A stretch of 32,000 nt of DNA, taken from the NCBI RefSeq assembly GCF_000354175.2, contig NC_022349.1, positions 2,460,001 through 2,492,000 on the forward strand. The letters are read 5' to 3'. This DNA comes from Vibrio alginolyticus NBRC 15630 = ATCC 17749 (GTDB lineage: Bacteria > Pseudomonadota > Gammaproteobacteria > Enterobacterales > Vibrionaceae). Under the pieces are notes generated by a model. It was not told where the DNA came from and searched no databases. It saw only the letters and a program-made list of their open reading frames with translations. The stretch's first letter is position 1. The number at the start of each line of letters is the position of its first letter. A program made the translations under genes and the position numbers. Positions 1 through 7,296 of the stretch are shown here, piece after piece.

Positions 1-1165
1 CCAATGGTGGTGTGTCGAAGATCAGGTGTTCATCTCGGATGGTGTCATCAGCCAAAATAAATGCACGCTCGATCGTGTGTTTGAGCTCACGGACATTACC
101 TGGCCAGTCGTGTGCAGCGATTTTTTGGATCGCAGAGTCAAGAATCGTTTTGGTTTTTGCCTCATTGGCGTTGCGGTGCGCAATAAAGTGCTTGGCCAGA
201 CCGACGATATCACCGCCTCGTTCTCGCAGTGGCGGTATCGTTAATGGGAAATGCGATAAGCGGAAAAACAGATCTTCACGCAGGAACTGCTCCTCAATGG
301 CGATTTTAGGATCACGGTTTGTAGCAGCAATGATGCGAGTATTAGCGATATGAACTGTATTACTGCCAACTGGGCGATACTCTCCGGTTTCTAGCACCCG
401 CAATAGCTTCACTTGATGCTCGATAGGCATCTCGGTGATTTCATCTAAAAATAGGGTGCCGCCCTCTGCCTGCTTAAATACACCTTTGTGAGTTTTATTT
501 GCTCCGGTAAAAGCGCCTTTCTCATGGCCAAACAGTTCACTATCAACCAATTCAGGGCTAATGGCACCACAGTTAATCGCTATAAAGGGCTGTTGTTTAC
601 GCTCACTCGCTAAGTGGATGGTCTGCGCCACCAGTTCTTTGCCTGATCCACTTTCACCGACAATAAGGACGTTGGCTTCGGTTTTTGCAACGCGCCTGAT
701 CATACGATAGAGCTGATGCATCGGAGAGGAAGAGCCGACCAAAAGACCAAATTGGTCAAGATCGCTGGTGGACACTTTACGCCCTTGATCTTGTTTGTGT
801 TGATAGTACTGGCTGACTTCGCCCAGGGTGTCCGTCAGAATGGCAATATCAACGGGCTTTCTGTAGTGAAAAATAGCACCCAAGTTCATCAGCTTATCCA
901 AGTTCTCATTTGGAGCGCCTGAGCTAATGATGATCAAGTCCATATCGTAGATGTCTTCGATATTAGAAAGACGTTGATAATCTGCACTAGTAAAGTGGGC
1001 GACTTCAACAATCGCAACTTCCGGTTTGAGTTGTAGAAAATCTTCAATCCATTGGTCTGCGGCATCGATGTCATGCAGACGAAATTTGTTCAGTTCCTGG
1101 CAAGAAGCGATGGCATTTTTAAGTGATGGATCTTGTATTCTTAGAAACAGGCTTGGCATCGACAT
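1..1165 (-). CDS. sigma-54-dependent transcriptional activator (NtrC-family AAA+ enhancer-binding protein); the C-terminal part runs off the left edge
   Basis: Absent from the ORF track because there is no stop in the window. My translation from ATG 1165-1163 (SD-like AGAGGA upstream) gives MSMPSLFLRIQD.... It contains Walker A GESGSGKE, the sigma-54 contact loop GHEKGAFTGA, and WPGNVREL. The frame stays open to position 2. Confidence 0.9.
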   Translation of the reverse strand, partial: MSMPSLFLRIQDPSLKNAIASCQELNKFRLHDIDAADQWIEDFLQLKPEVAIVEVAHFTSADYQRLSNIEDIYDMDLIIISSGAPNENLDKLMNLGAIFHYRKPVDIAILTDTLGEVSQYYQHKQDQGRKVSTSDLDQFGLLVGSSSPMHQLYRMIRRVAKTEANVLIVGESGSGKELVAQTIHLASERKQQPFIAINCGAISPELVDSELFGHEKGAFTGANKTHKGVFKQAEGGTLFLDEITEMPIEHQVKLLRVLETGEYRPVGSNTVHIANTRIIAATNRDPKIAIEEQFLREDLFFRLSHFPLTIPPLRERGGDIVGLAKHFIAHRNANEAKTKTILDSAIQKIAAHDWPGNVRELKHTIERAFILADDTIRDEHLIFDTPPL

Positions 1166-1550
1166 AGAAATGTCCTCTTTACTATGACAGAAACAATGTA
1201 CGTGGATTATTCTCACTTCACAAGACAAAATATTGTCAGCATAGATTTAAGGATTTGTTCGATATTTTTATGTTGTTAGCCCCTTTTTGATATATATCGG
1301 TGAGAGCCATCAGTAGATATTTCCTTTTGTTCTGATTTTTTTATTTAAAATAATAATTTTGCTATTAATTGATTCTGGAGAAATAGCCTTTCTGTTTTAT
1401 CAGGTTATTTAGGCACAAGTGACGGAGGCTTTATCACCGATTAAAAATTACATTTATTACGTGTAAATAATTCATGCTTATACTTTATTGCTCATCTCAT
1501 TTTTACCTCTTTCCCTTATTAGTTGCTTAAAAACAATAAGTTATAAAGTT

Positions 1551-1565
1551 GGCACATGGTTTGCT
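1551..1565 (+). promoter_or_regulatory. sigma-54 (-24/-12) promoter upstream of the osmY-like operon
   Basis: TGGCAC-ATGGT-TTGC is an exact match to the TGGCAC-N5-TTGC consensus. The -12 GC lies about 37 nt upstream of ATG 1602. The EBP gene is divergently adjacent. Confidence 0.7.
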
Positions 1566-1601
1566 TCTAGGGAAGTGCAACGTCAATAAAGGAGAATTAC
1601 C

Positions 1602-2153
1602 ATGAATAACATCGCAGCTAAAATTGTACTTACGTCAGTTCTTGCTACTTCATCTACAGCAGTCTTAGCGAGTGATAAATGGCAAAAAGAATCCATGGAC
1701 GCTTGGCTAGATGGTAAAGCTGAAACCACGCTACTGCTAAACAGCAATCTCAACTCTTTTGATATCAATACCGATGTTGAGAATCAGGTCGTTACCCTTT
1801 CTGGTTCGGTAAACAATGATCTTGAAAAATCACTTGCCGAAGAGCTTGTTACTGGTCTTGATGGTGTGAAAAAAGTAAACAACGAATTGTCAGTAGTGAA
1901 TGAAGGCAAGAAAGAAACTGATTCAGAAGCTTTAGCTACACTGACCGATTCTAAAATCACGACTATAGTTAAAACGCGCCTACTAATGGATACCAATGTG
2001 AGTGGTACGGATATTGATGTAACGACAGAACGCAAAACGGTAACGTTGGCAGGTAAAGTTAATTCAGATGCGGAGCATGATCTTGCAATTTCAATTGCAA
2101 ATAACACCAATGACGTAAATAAGGTGATTGATAAGCTAGAAGTGGTTCAATAA
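1602..2153 (+). CDS. osmY: periplasmic BON-domain protein, OsmY-like (signal peptide plus two BON repeats)
   Basis: AAGGAG SD. N-terminal signal peptide MNNIAAKIVLTSVLATSSTAVLA. Two repeats of the VVTLSG.V...........GV..V.N.L type, as in E. coli OsmY. It is followed by a ytjA homologue, as in E. coli. Confidence 0.8.
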   Translation: MNNIAAKIVLTSVLATSSTAVLASDKWQKESMDAWLDGKAETTLLLNSNLNSFDINTDVENQVVTLSGSVNNDLEKSLAEELVTGLDGVKKVNNELSVVNEGKKETDSEALATLTDSKITTIVKTRLLMDTNVSGTDIDVTTERKTVTLAGKVNSDAEHDLAISIANNTNDVNKVIDKLEVVQ

Positions 2154-2198
2154 TAGCGAGCTGAGTGATTTAACCCACTTTTATTAGGAGGTAACACT

Positions 2199-2375
2199 AT
2201 GGTTCGTTGGATGTTTATTTTTCTGGCACTGGCACTAATTTCTGCACTATTAGGCTTTACCGGTATTGCAGGAGCTGCTGCCTCTATCGCGCAAGTGATA
2301 TTTTACCTATTCCTATTGTCATTAATTGTATCAATAGTGATTGTTCTGCTGGGAAGAAAAAACGTAAATAGATAG
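2199..2375 (+). CDS. ytjA: DUF1328/UPF0391 small membrane protein (YtjA-like), 58 aa
   Basis: Below the ORF-track size cutoff. AGGAGG SD at 2187-2192. The translation MVRWMFIFLALALISALLGFTGIAGAAASIAQVIFYLFLLSLIVSIVIVLLGRKNVNR closely parallels E. coli YtjA ([25 protein letters not shown]...). Confidence 0.8.
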   Translation: MVRWMFIFLALALISALLGFTGIAGAAASIAQVIFYLFLLSLIVSIVIVLLGRKNVNR

Positions 2376-2383
2376 GAGATTCC

Positions 2384-2581
2384 ATGCGACTTACGTCATT
2401 TGTTTACCGTATCGCCGCAGTATTCGGTTTGGTGTTTGCGTTGGCAGCTTGTAGTGAAGAAGGGCCAATGGAACAGGCCGGCAAAAAGATAGATGAAGCC
2501 GCCGAAGAAACCCAAAATGCGATTGAAGATGAATGTGAAAACATTAAAGAAAATCTAAACGCTGAAGACCAAGACTGTTAG
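2384..2581 (+). CDS. small acidic lipoprotein, 65 aa
   Basis: TAGGAGA SD. Signal peptide ending in the lipobox LAAC (VFALAAC|SEEG). Tightly packed after ytjA. Confidence 0.6.
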   Translation: MRLTSFVYRIAAVFGLVFALAACSEEGPMEQAGKKIDEAAEETQNAIEDECENIKENLNAEDQDC

Positions 2582-2621
2582 CCGAATCAGGTTAGGTTTT
2601 TTACGCATAGCTATGTAAGAG

Positions 2622-2650
2622 AGGGGCGGTCAATAACCGCCCTTCCTTTT
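2622..2650 (+). terminator. rho-independent terminator of the osmY-ytjA-lipoprotein unit
   Basis: GGGCGGT-CAATA-ACCGCCC stem-loop followed by TTCCTTTT. Confidence 0.7.
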
Positions 2651-2685
2651 GTCCCAATTGTTTACAATCAGATAAGGAGTCAAAG

Positions 2686-3117
2686 ATGAAAAACATATTT
2701 GATGTACTGAAAGAGAGTCATGAAAAGCAACGCCTTTTACTCGATGCTCTGATGGAAACGTCTGGAGATTCCCCCGCTCGTGAAGAGTTTTATCACAACC
2801 TTAAAGAGGAACTCGAACAGCACGCAGCGGCAGAAGAGCGGTTTTTCTACGCGCCTTTAATAGATAGCGATAAGACCATTGATCTCACTCGCCATGGCAT
2901 CGCAGAGCATCATGAAATTGATAAAGTGATTGCACAGCTTGATGCAACCGATATGAGCTCGCCAGCGTGGCTCAACCTAATGAAAACCTTGCGTCACAAA
3001 GTGTTGCACCATCTTGAGGAAGAAGAGCAGCGTTTCTTCCAGTTAGCCGGTAAGGTAATGACCGATAAGCAGAAAATGAAACTAGCGGATGGTTATGTTG
3101 AAGAGATGGTAAGCTAG
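2686..3117 (+). CDS. hemerythrin (HHE cation-binding) domain protein
   Basis: AAGGAG SD. 143 aa helical protein with His/Glu-rich pairs (HEKQ, EQHAAAEERFFY, HHEIDKV, HHLEEEEQRFF) typical of hemerythrin-like domains. Confidence 0.65.
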   Translation: MKNIFDVLKESHEKQRLLLDALMETSGDSPAREEFYHNLKEELEQHAAAEERFFYAPLIDSDKTIDLTRHGIAEHHEIDKVIAQLDATDMSSPAWLNLMKTLRHKVLHHLEEEEQRFFQLAGKVMTDKQKMKLADGYVEEMVS

Positions 3118-3136
3118 GTAGAGTGTTGGACCTTTT

Positions 3137-3153
3137 CGTGCCATTTCGGCACG
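3137..3153 (+). other. short GC hairpin after the hemerythrin gene (no U-tract)
   Basis: CGTGCC-ATTTC-GGCACG, 20 nt after the stop. Followed by GGAAGG, so it is not a canonical terminator. Confidence 0.3.
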
Positions 3154-3261
3154 GGAAGGCACTCAATCAAGGCGTTTACTCAAGTTCATGTATCCAAGCT
3201 CAATCCCCCGCGTATTCTAACTTCCACTAAAAAGTGCACTCGCTGAAGGCAAGGAGAGCGA

Positions 3262-4938
3262 ATGTTTATCATCAAATATTATATTCTTGGCGCTCTGATC
3301 AGTTTATTGGCCGCTATCTATACGCCTCAAATTATCGTTAGTCTGCTGTTCTTGTGGATATCGCTTTCTTTAGCGTTGGTCAGCGTAGCCTACGTATTCG
3401 ACATTCCCTCTATTTTTAGAAAAAACCAAGATGGCAAGATTGTCAGGTGGATTCGCTGGGCATTCATCCCATTTCTATTGGGGGCTAGAGCGTATAACGC
3501 CTGGGAAAGACGGCGTGATACAGTGCCTCCAATCCAAAAAGTCAGTGACAATTTATACCTATCTCGCCGTTTGTTTCAGAGTGACTTAGATTTTCTCGAA
3601 TCCAATGAGATTTCTTGTATTGTCGATGTCACCGCAGAATTTGCAGGCCTTGAAAGCGCGATGACCGACAAGCAGTTTCATTACCTTTCGATTCCGGTAC
3701 TCGACCACAAAGCCCCAACGCTAGAGCGTCTTCGCCATGCGATTAACTGGATTGATACTCAAATCTCGTGCTCGCGGGCCGTGGTTGTGCATTGTGCGTT
3801 AGGGCGTGGTCGTTCAGTGTTTGTTGTGGCGGCGTATTTACTGAGCAAAGACCCGTCACTGACGGTTGAATCCGTGATGAAAAAAATCAATGACGTACGC
3901 AGTACCGCGAGATTGAATAAATTACAGATTAGAACGTTACGAGCGATCAGTGAAAAAGGCGTGCTAGGGCTGGATCAATCCACTTGGATGGTGGTTAACC
4001 CTGTTGCAGGTGGCGGAAAATGGGAGGAAAACGAACAGCACTTGATTCGTGAACTAACCAAAAAATATCGCTTGAGTATTCATCAAACCACCACAAACCT
4101 CAGCGCCGAGCAGCTAACACAACAGGCAAAAGAAAGTGGAGCTAAGCAAATCATCGTAGCTGGTGGCGATGGCACAGTAACAGAGGTGGCGAGCCAATTG
4201 GTGGATACCGACCTAAAACTCGGTATTAAACTCGGTATTGTTCCGCTCGGAACTGCCAATGCGTTATGTCATGTGCTCTATGGCGTTGGCGCAAAATTCT
4301 CACCGGTCGAAAAAGCGTGTGAAGCGTTGCTTGGCGGACACTGCCAACGTATTGATACTGCGGAATGTAATCAGCGGCTTATTTTATTGGTCTTAGGCAT
4401 TGGGCTAGAACAGAAAATGATCGAGCACGCTCAGCGAGAAGAGAAAAATGTTTTTGGACAACTCGCTTACCTCACCGGCTTTTTTAATGCTGTAGTGGCG
4501 GAAGAAACGCAAGCTTTAACCGTATCGTTAGACGCTCCAACTGAAGATGGAAACCACGACAAGAATACACAAACGCTTGAAGTCCATAGTTTTGTCGTTG
4601 CGAATATCGCTCCATTTAGTACGTTGCTTGCCCAAGGTGGTGATGCGCCGCAGCCTGATGATGGCAAGCTGCATATCACATATTTAGATAACACCGAGTC
4701 TTTAGGCGGACGTCTTATCGCATTGTCGGATCTTACATTAACGAGCGTAGGCGCACAGGAAGAATCGACACATTTTCAATACGCGACGGCTCAGAGCGTC
4801 ACTATTTCTGCGAATAAACCGATTGAGTATGTGATTGATGGTGAACTGTATTCTGATGAGCAACTGGCAATCAAGCTGCGTCCAAAGTCATTGAACGTAT
4901 TTGTTCCAAGCCAGAGACGTAAATCAGCTTCGCTTTAA
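3262..4938 (+). CDS. membrane-anchored fusion: dual-specificity/PTP-like phosphatase domain plus DAGK-catalytic (YegS/LCB5-like lipid kinase) domain
   Basis: AAGGAGA SD. N-terminal hydrophobic helices. CX5R phosphatase P-loop VHCALGRGRS. Downstream are the lipid-kinase motifs IIVAGGDGTV and VPLGTANAL. Confidence 0.75.
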   Translation: MFIIKYYILGALISLLAAIYTPQIIVSLLFLWISLSLALVSVAYVFDIPSIFRKNQDGKIVRWIRWAFIPFLLGARAYNAWERRRDTVPPIQKVSDNLYLSRRLFQSDLDFLESNEISCIVDVTAEFAGLESAMTDKQFHYLSIPVLDHKAPTLERLRHAINWIDTQISCSRAVVVHCALGRGRSVFVVAAYLLSKDPSLTVESVMKKINDVRSTARLNKLQIRTLRAISEKGVLGLDQSTWMVVNPVAGGGKWEENEQHLIRELTKKYRLSIHQTTTNLSAEQLTQQAKESGAKQIIVAGGDGTVTEVASQLVDTDLKLGIKLGIVPLGTANALCHVLYGVGAKFSPVEKACEALLGGHCQRIDTAECNQRLILLVLGIGLEQKMIEHAQREEKNVFGQLAYLTGFFNAVVAEETQALTVSLDAPTEDGNHDKNTQTLEVHSFVVANIAPFSTLLAQGGDAPQPDDGKLHITYLDNTESLGGRLIALSDLTLTSVGAQEESTHFQYATAQSVTISANKPIEYVIDGELYSDEQLAIKLRPKSLNVFVPSQRRKSASL

Positions 4939-4959
4939 CACAGATAATCCGCGGATAAC

Positions 4960-4995
4960 GCGCCATTTGCTTCGTATTCTACATGGCGCTTTTTC
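4960..4995 (+). terminator. rho-independent terminator (first of two in tandem)
   Basis: GCGCCAT (4960-4966) pairs with ATGGCGC (4983-4989), followed by TTTTTCTG. Confidence 0.5.
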
Positions 4996-5040
4996 TGTGT
5001 TGTTTGATGATTTGGTGTGCGTCGTAAAAAGGCTATTAAG

Positions 5041-5070
5041 GTCGCTGCGTAGATGCAGCGGCTTTTTTTC
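5041..5070 (+). terminator. rho-independent terminator (second of two in tandem)
   Basis: CGCTGC-GTAGAT-GCAGCG stem-loop followed by GCTTTTTTTC. Confidence 0.65.
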
Positions 5071-5141
5071 TATCTGCACCTTTTACTAGGTTGATTGGGG
5101 ATGTGGTTTAAACAAAGTGAAAGAAAGAAGGGCGAGTATAA

Positions 5142-5540
5142 TTACTCACCCTGAGGTAAGTGCTTTTCAATTTCATCGTTTTCAACTTGTAAAGCAGCTA
5201 ACCAATAAGAAACAAGTGCGGTTAAGTTGGTGTCGTCAATGGCTCTAAGCAGGGCTTTTAAATCATCTAACAGTAATTTATTCATAAAATGCATTTCTTT
5301 GTAATTGCCTAACTCGGCAACGCCGTATTCGGTGGCATTTTCTGCAATGAATTTTTCACCATCTTGATCGAAGAACAGCTTCGCCATCTTTTTGATCATC
5401 ACTTTTTCTATTTTCACGAATCGATATGCCGCTCTTGCGAGTGTCATATGTGATTGCGGGTTAACGAGAGGCAAACACGTTTGGCGATGGTGTGTCATTT
5501 TTACGAGTAGCTCCCTTACTCGATTGTTATCCAATGTCAT
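5142..5540 (-). CDS. hypothetical protein, 132 aa
   Basis: ORF with an AGAGGT SD-like sequence upstream. No motif I recognise. Same strand as the PA2169-like gene and immediately downstream of it. Confidence 0.5.
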   Translation of the reverse strand: MTLDNNRVRELLVKMTHHRQTCLPLVNPQSHMTLARAAYRFVKIEKVMIKKMAKLFFDQDGEKFIAENATEYGVAELGNYKEMHFMNKLLLDDLKALLRAIDDTNLTALVSYWLAALQVENDEIEKHLPQGE

Positions 5541-5617
5541 AGTGACCTCTTTATTTATGACTATTGTCGTGGGACATTTCTCGTGATGGTTATGTTAATG
5601 CGCCTGTGGGCTTGTCA

Positions 5618-5645
5618 GAAATGGCCAAAGCAAGTTGGCCATTTC
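5618..5645. other. perfect 11-bp-stem hairpin between two minus-strand genes
   Basis: GAAATGGCCAA-AGCAAG-TTGGCCATTTC. There is no U-run on the minus (coding) strand. Confidence 0.4.
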
Positions 5646-5688
5646 TTTGATCAATACCGAGCTTTATTGCAAAGGCGACCACCAAGTT

Positions 5689-6126
5689 TTAGCTAATAAG
5701 GCTGATGCTGCTGAGTTTTTCTTTGCAGCTTTTTATATCGCTACGAACTTTCAGCAGAACCGAGTTATCCGCCTGCTCTGGGTGGGAAGTAATCAAATTC
5801 TCAATCTCTTTGAGTACCTTGCTTTCGACACCTTCAAGCTGTTCTAAATACATAGACTCTTTGTCAGAGGACACTTCCTTCATCACGTCGCTGTAGACCT
5901 CACGCGCCTTGATGGTGTAGGAAACTGGAGTGTCGTCGGCAGATTCTTCATTGTTACTTGCTAGAGAGTAGGGAGTGAGCTCAATGACTGCACGCTCACG
6001 TACTCTGAGCAGTTCTACCAACACATTATTCAAAGAAGTGTTGTCGATGTTCTCGATGGCCTTGTTGTAAATTTCATTTCCGCTTTCGATAAGCTCAATG
6101 ATTGAGGCGATGTTTTCATTTTTCAT
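5689..6126 (-). CDS. ferritin-like four-helix-bundle protein (resembles the PA2169/DUF2383 family)
   Basis: 145 aa. AAGGAGTGG SD. The N-terminal pattern IASIIELIESGNEIYNKAIENI...LNNVLVELLRVRERAVIEL resembles my memory of the PA2169 family. The assignment is tentative. Confidence 0.5.
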   Translation of the reverse strand: MKNENIASIIELIESGNEIYNKAIENIDNTSLNNVLVELLRVRERAVIELTPYSLASNNEESADDTPVSYTIKAREVYSDVMKEVSSDKESMYLEQLEGVESKVLKEIENLITSHPEQADNSVLLKVRSDIKSCKEKLSSISLIS

Positions 6127-6199
6127 ATGCCACTCCTTATTTACTGGTGATAGGGGTGTTTGAGCGTATGGAATACAAACACGATGTTCATCTTCAATT

Positions 6200-6214
6200 G
6201 CAGGTTGTATGCCA
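6200..6214 (-). promoter_or_regulatory. sigma-54-type promoter reading toward the 5689..6126 gene
   Basis: The minus strand reads TGGCAT-ACAAC-CTGC, with correct GG-N10-GC spacing. It lies about 75 nt upstream of ATG 6126. Confidence 0.55.
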
Positions 6215-6399
6215 ATGAGTTTTAAGTCTTATTAATCAGTGACTTAATGTCTTGTTTTGCAATAAATTGCTAACAGTCGGTAAGGCGCTAAGAAAAAATT
6301 ACAAGAATGGCGGGGAAAGCCTGGAAAGAATTACACGTACAGATACGGCTTTTTATCGAAATAAAAATAAAATCAATAAAAAACAACAACTTAAAATTC

Positions 6400-6414
6400 T
6401 GGCATGGATATGGC
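6400..6414 (+). promoter_or_regulatory. sigma-54-type promoter reading toward the yqjD-like operon
   Basis: TGGCAT-GGATA-TGGC, with correct GG-N10-GC spacing. It lies about 73 nt upstream of ATG 6487 and is preceded by a long A/T-rich tract. Confidence 0.55.
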
Positions 6415-6486
6415 TTTGTAGGGAGTAAGTGAGGTCAAACATTGTTTCACTTGATTCACTATTCAACTCATTAATGGAGGCTAGTT

Positions 6487-6735
6487 ATGGCTACTACAAA
6501 AGAAAGCACAGTAAAACCTCAAGAGCAGTTAGAAGAAGCATATCACTTAGCGGAACAAGCCACGACGGAAGCCGTTGGCGCGATGAAAGATCAAGCCAAA
6601 GAGAAGCTGGATGTCGGTGCACAGCAAGTTCAGCAGGCGACTAAGTCGGCAGAAAATGTAATCAAGGAGCGCCCATTGCTGAGCATAGGCTGTGCCTTCC
6701 TTGCTGGTTGGGCGGTTTCGAAGCTGATCAAATAA
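6487..6735 (+). CDS. DUF883 family membrane-anchored protein (YqjD/ElaB-like)
   Basis: GGAGG SD. 82 aa with a charged helical N-terminal part and a C-terminal anchor LLSIGCAFLAGWAVSKLIK, as in E. coli YqjD/ElaB. Confidence 0.7.
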   Translation: MATTKESTVKPQEQLEEAYHLAEQATTEAVGAMKDQAKEKLDVGAQQVQQATKSAENVIKERPLLSIGCAFLAGWAVSKLIK

Positions 6736-6783
6736 TAGTGGTCACCAAGGATTAAGCCACACAACAGAAAGGCGAGGCTTCAC

Positions 6784-7296
6784 ATGAATAACTCAGGGCA
6801 AGTTACCAATCAGCAATCAGGCTCGGCGGCTTCAGACAGCGGCCGAGCCCCTGATGGGGCAGAAGAACAGGATATCCAACAAACCATTAATGGTTTGAGC
6901 AGCATTCTTGCGCAATTGGACCAACTGACGAAATCGCTAAAAGCATGGTCAGGTTCAACGTTGGATTTGTTCCTCTTGGAGATGAAAGTTAACGTGTCCG
7001 CAGTACGTCAGATTTTGCTGTGTACCGTTGTTTTTACTCTATTGTCGGTATTGTTCGTATTCAGTTTGTGCCTTGCCTCTGGGGTGGTGGCTTATCAGTT
7101 AACTGCCAACGTGTATGTTGCCGTGGGTGTATTTATCACATCATTAGGCTTGGCATTATTTGCTTTAGCCTGGTGGCAGAAGCGTTTAGTTGGATTTCTT
7201 GGATTCAAAAATACGACAGAACAATTACAGGAGGGGTGGGATGCGCTCGCTACAAAAGCTCAATCGAGCCATGCGGATCAAGCGGATGGAAGGTAA
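6784..7296 (+). CDS. YqjE-like (phage-holin-family/DUF1469) membrane protein
   Basis: 170 aa with two long hydrophobic helices in the C-terminal half. Its position directly after the DUF883 gene mirrors E. coli yqjD-yqjE-yqjK. Confidence 0.6.
   Translation: MNNSGQVTNQQSGSAASDSGRAPDGAEEQDIQQTINGLSSILAQLDQLTKSLKAWSGSTLDLFLLEMKVNVSAVRQILLCTVVFTLLSVLFVFSLCLASGVVAYQLTANVYVAVGVFITSLGLALFALAWWQKRLVGFLGFKNTTEQLQEGWDALATKAQSSHADQADGR

Noticed and set aside
12-922. Plus-strand ORFs 12..353, 26..244 and 716..922, and minus-strand ORF 22..213
   Set aside because: All lie inside the long minus-strand EBP reading frame, antisense to it or in another frame. The EBP frame has unmistakable AAA+/GAFTGA motifs. 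These ORFs have no SD and odd composition (Cys/Arg-rich).
1458-1466. Shared 9-mer TTACACGTA (1458-1466 on the minus strand, 6341-6349 on the plus strand) as a candidate EBP enhancer site common to both sigma-54 control regions
   Set aside because: By my rough estimate, a single shared 9-mer between regions of about 385 bp and 185 bp, counting both strands, is expected by chance roughly half the time. That is insufficient evidence.
1583-2110. Minus-strand ORFs 1583..1768 and 1784..2110
   Set aside because: Antisense to the osmY-like gene, which has an SD, a signal peptide and BON repeats.
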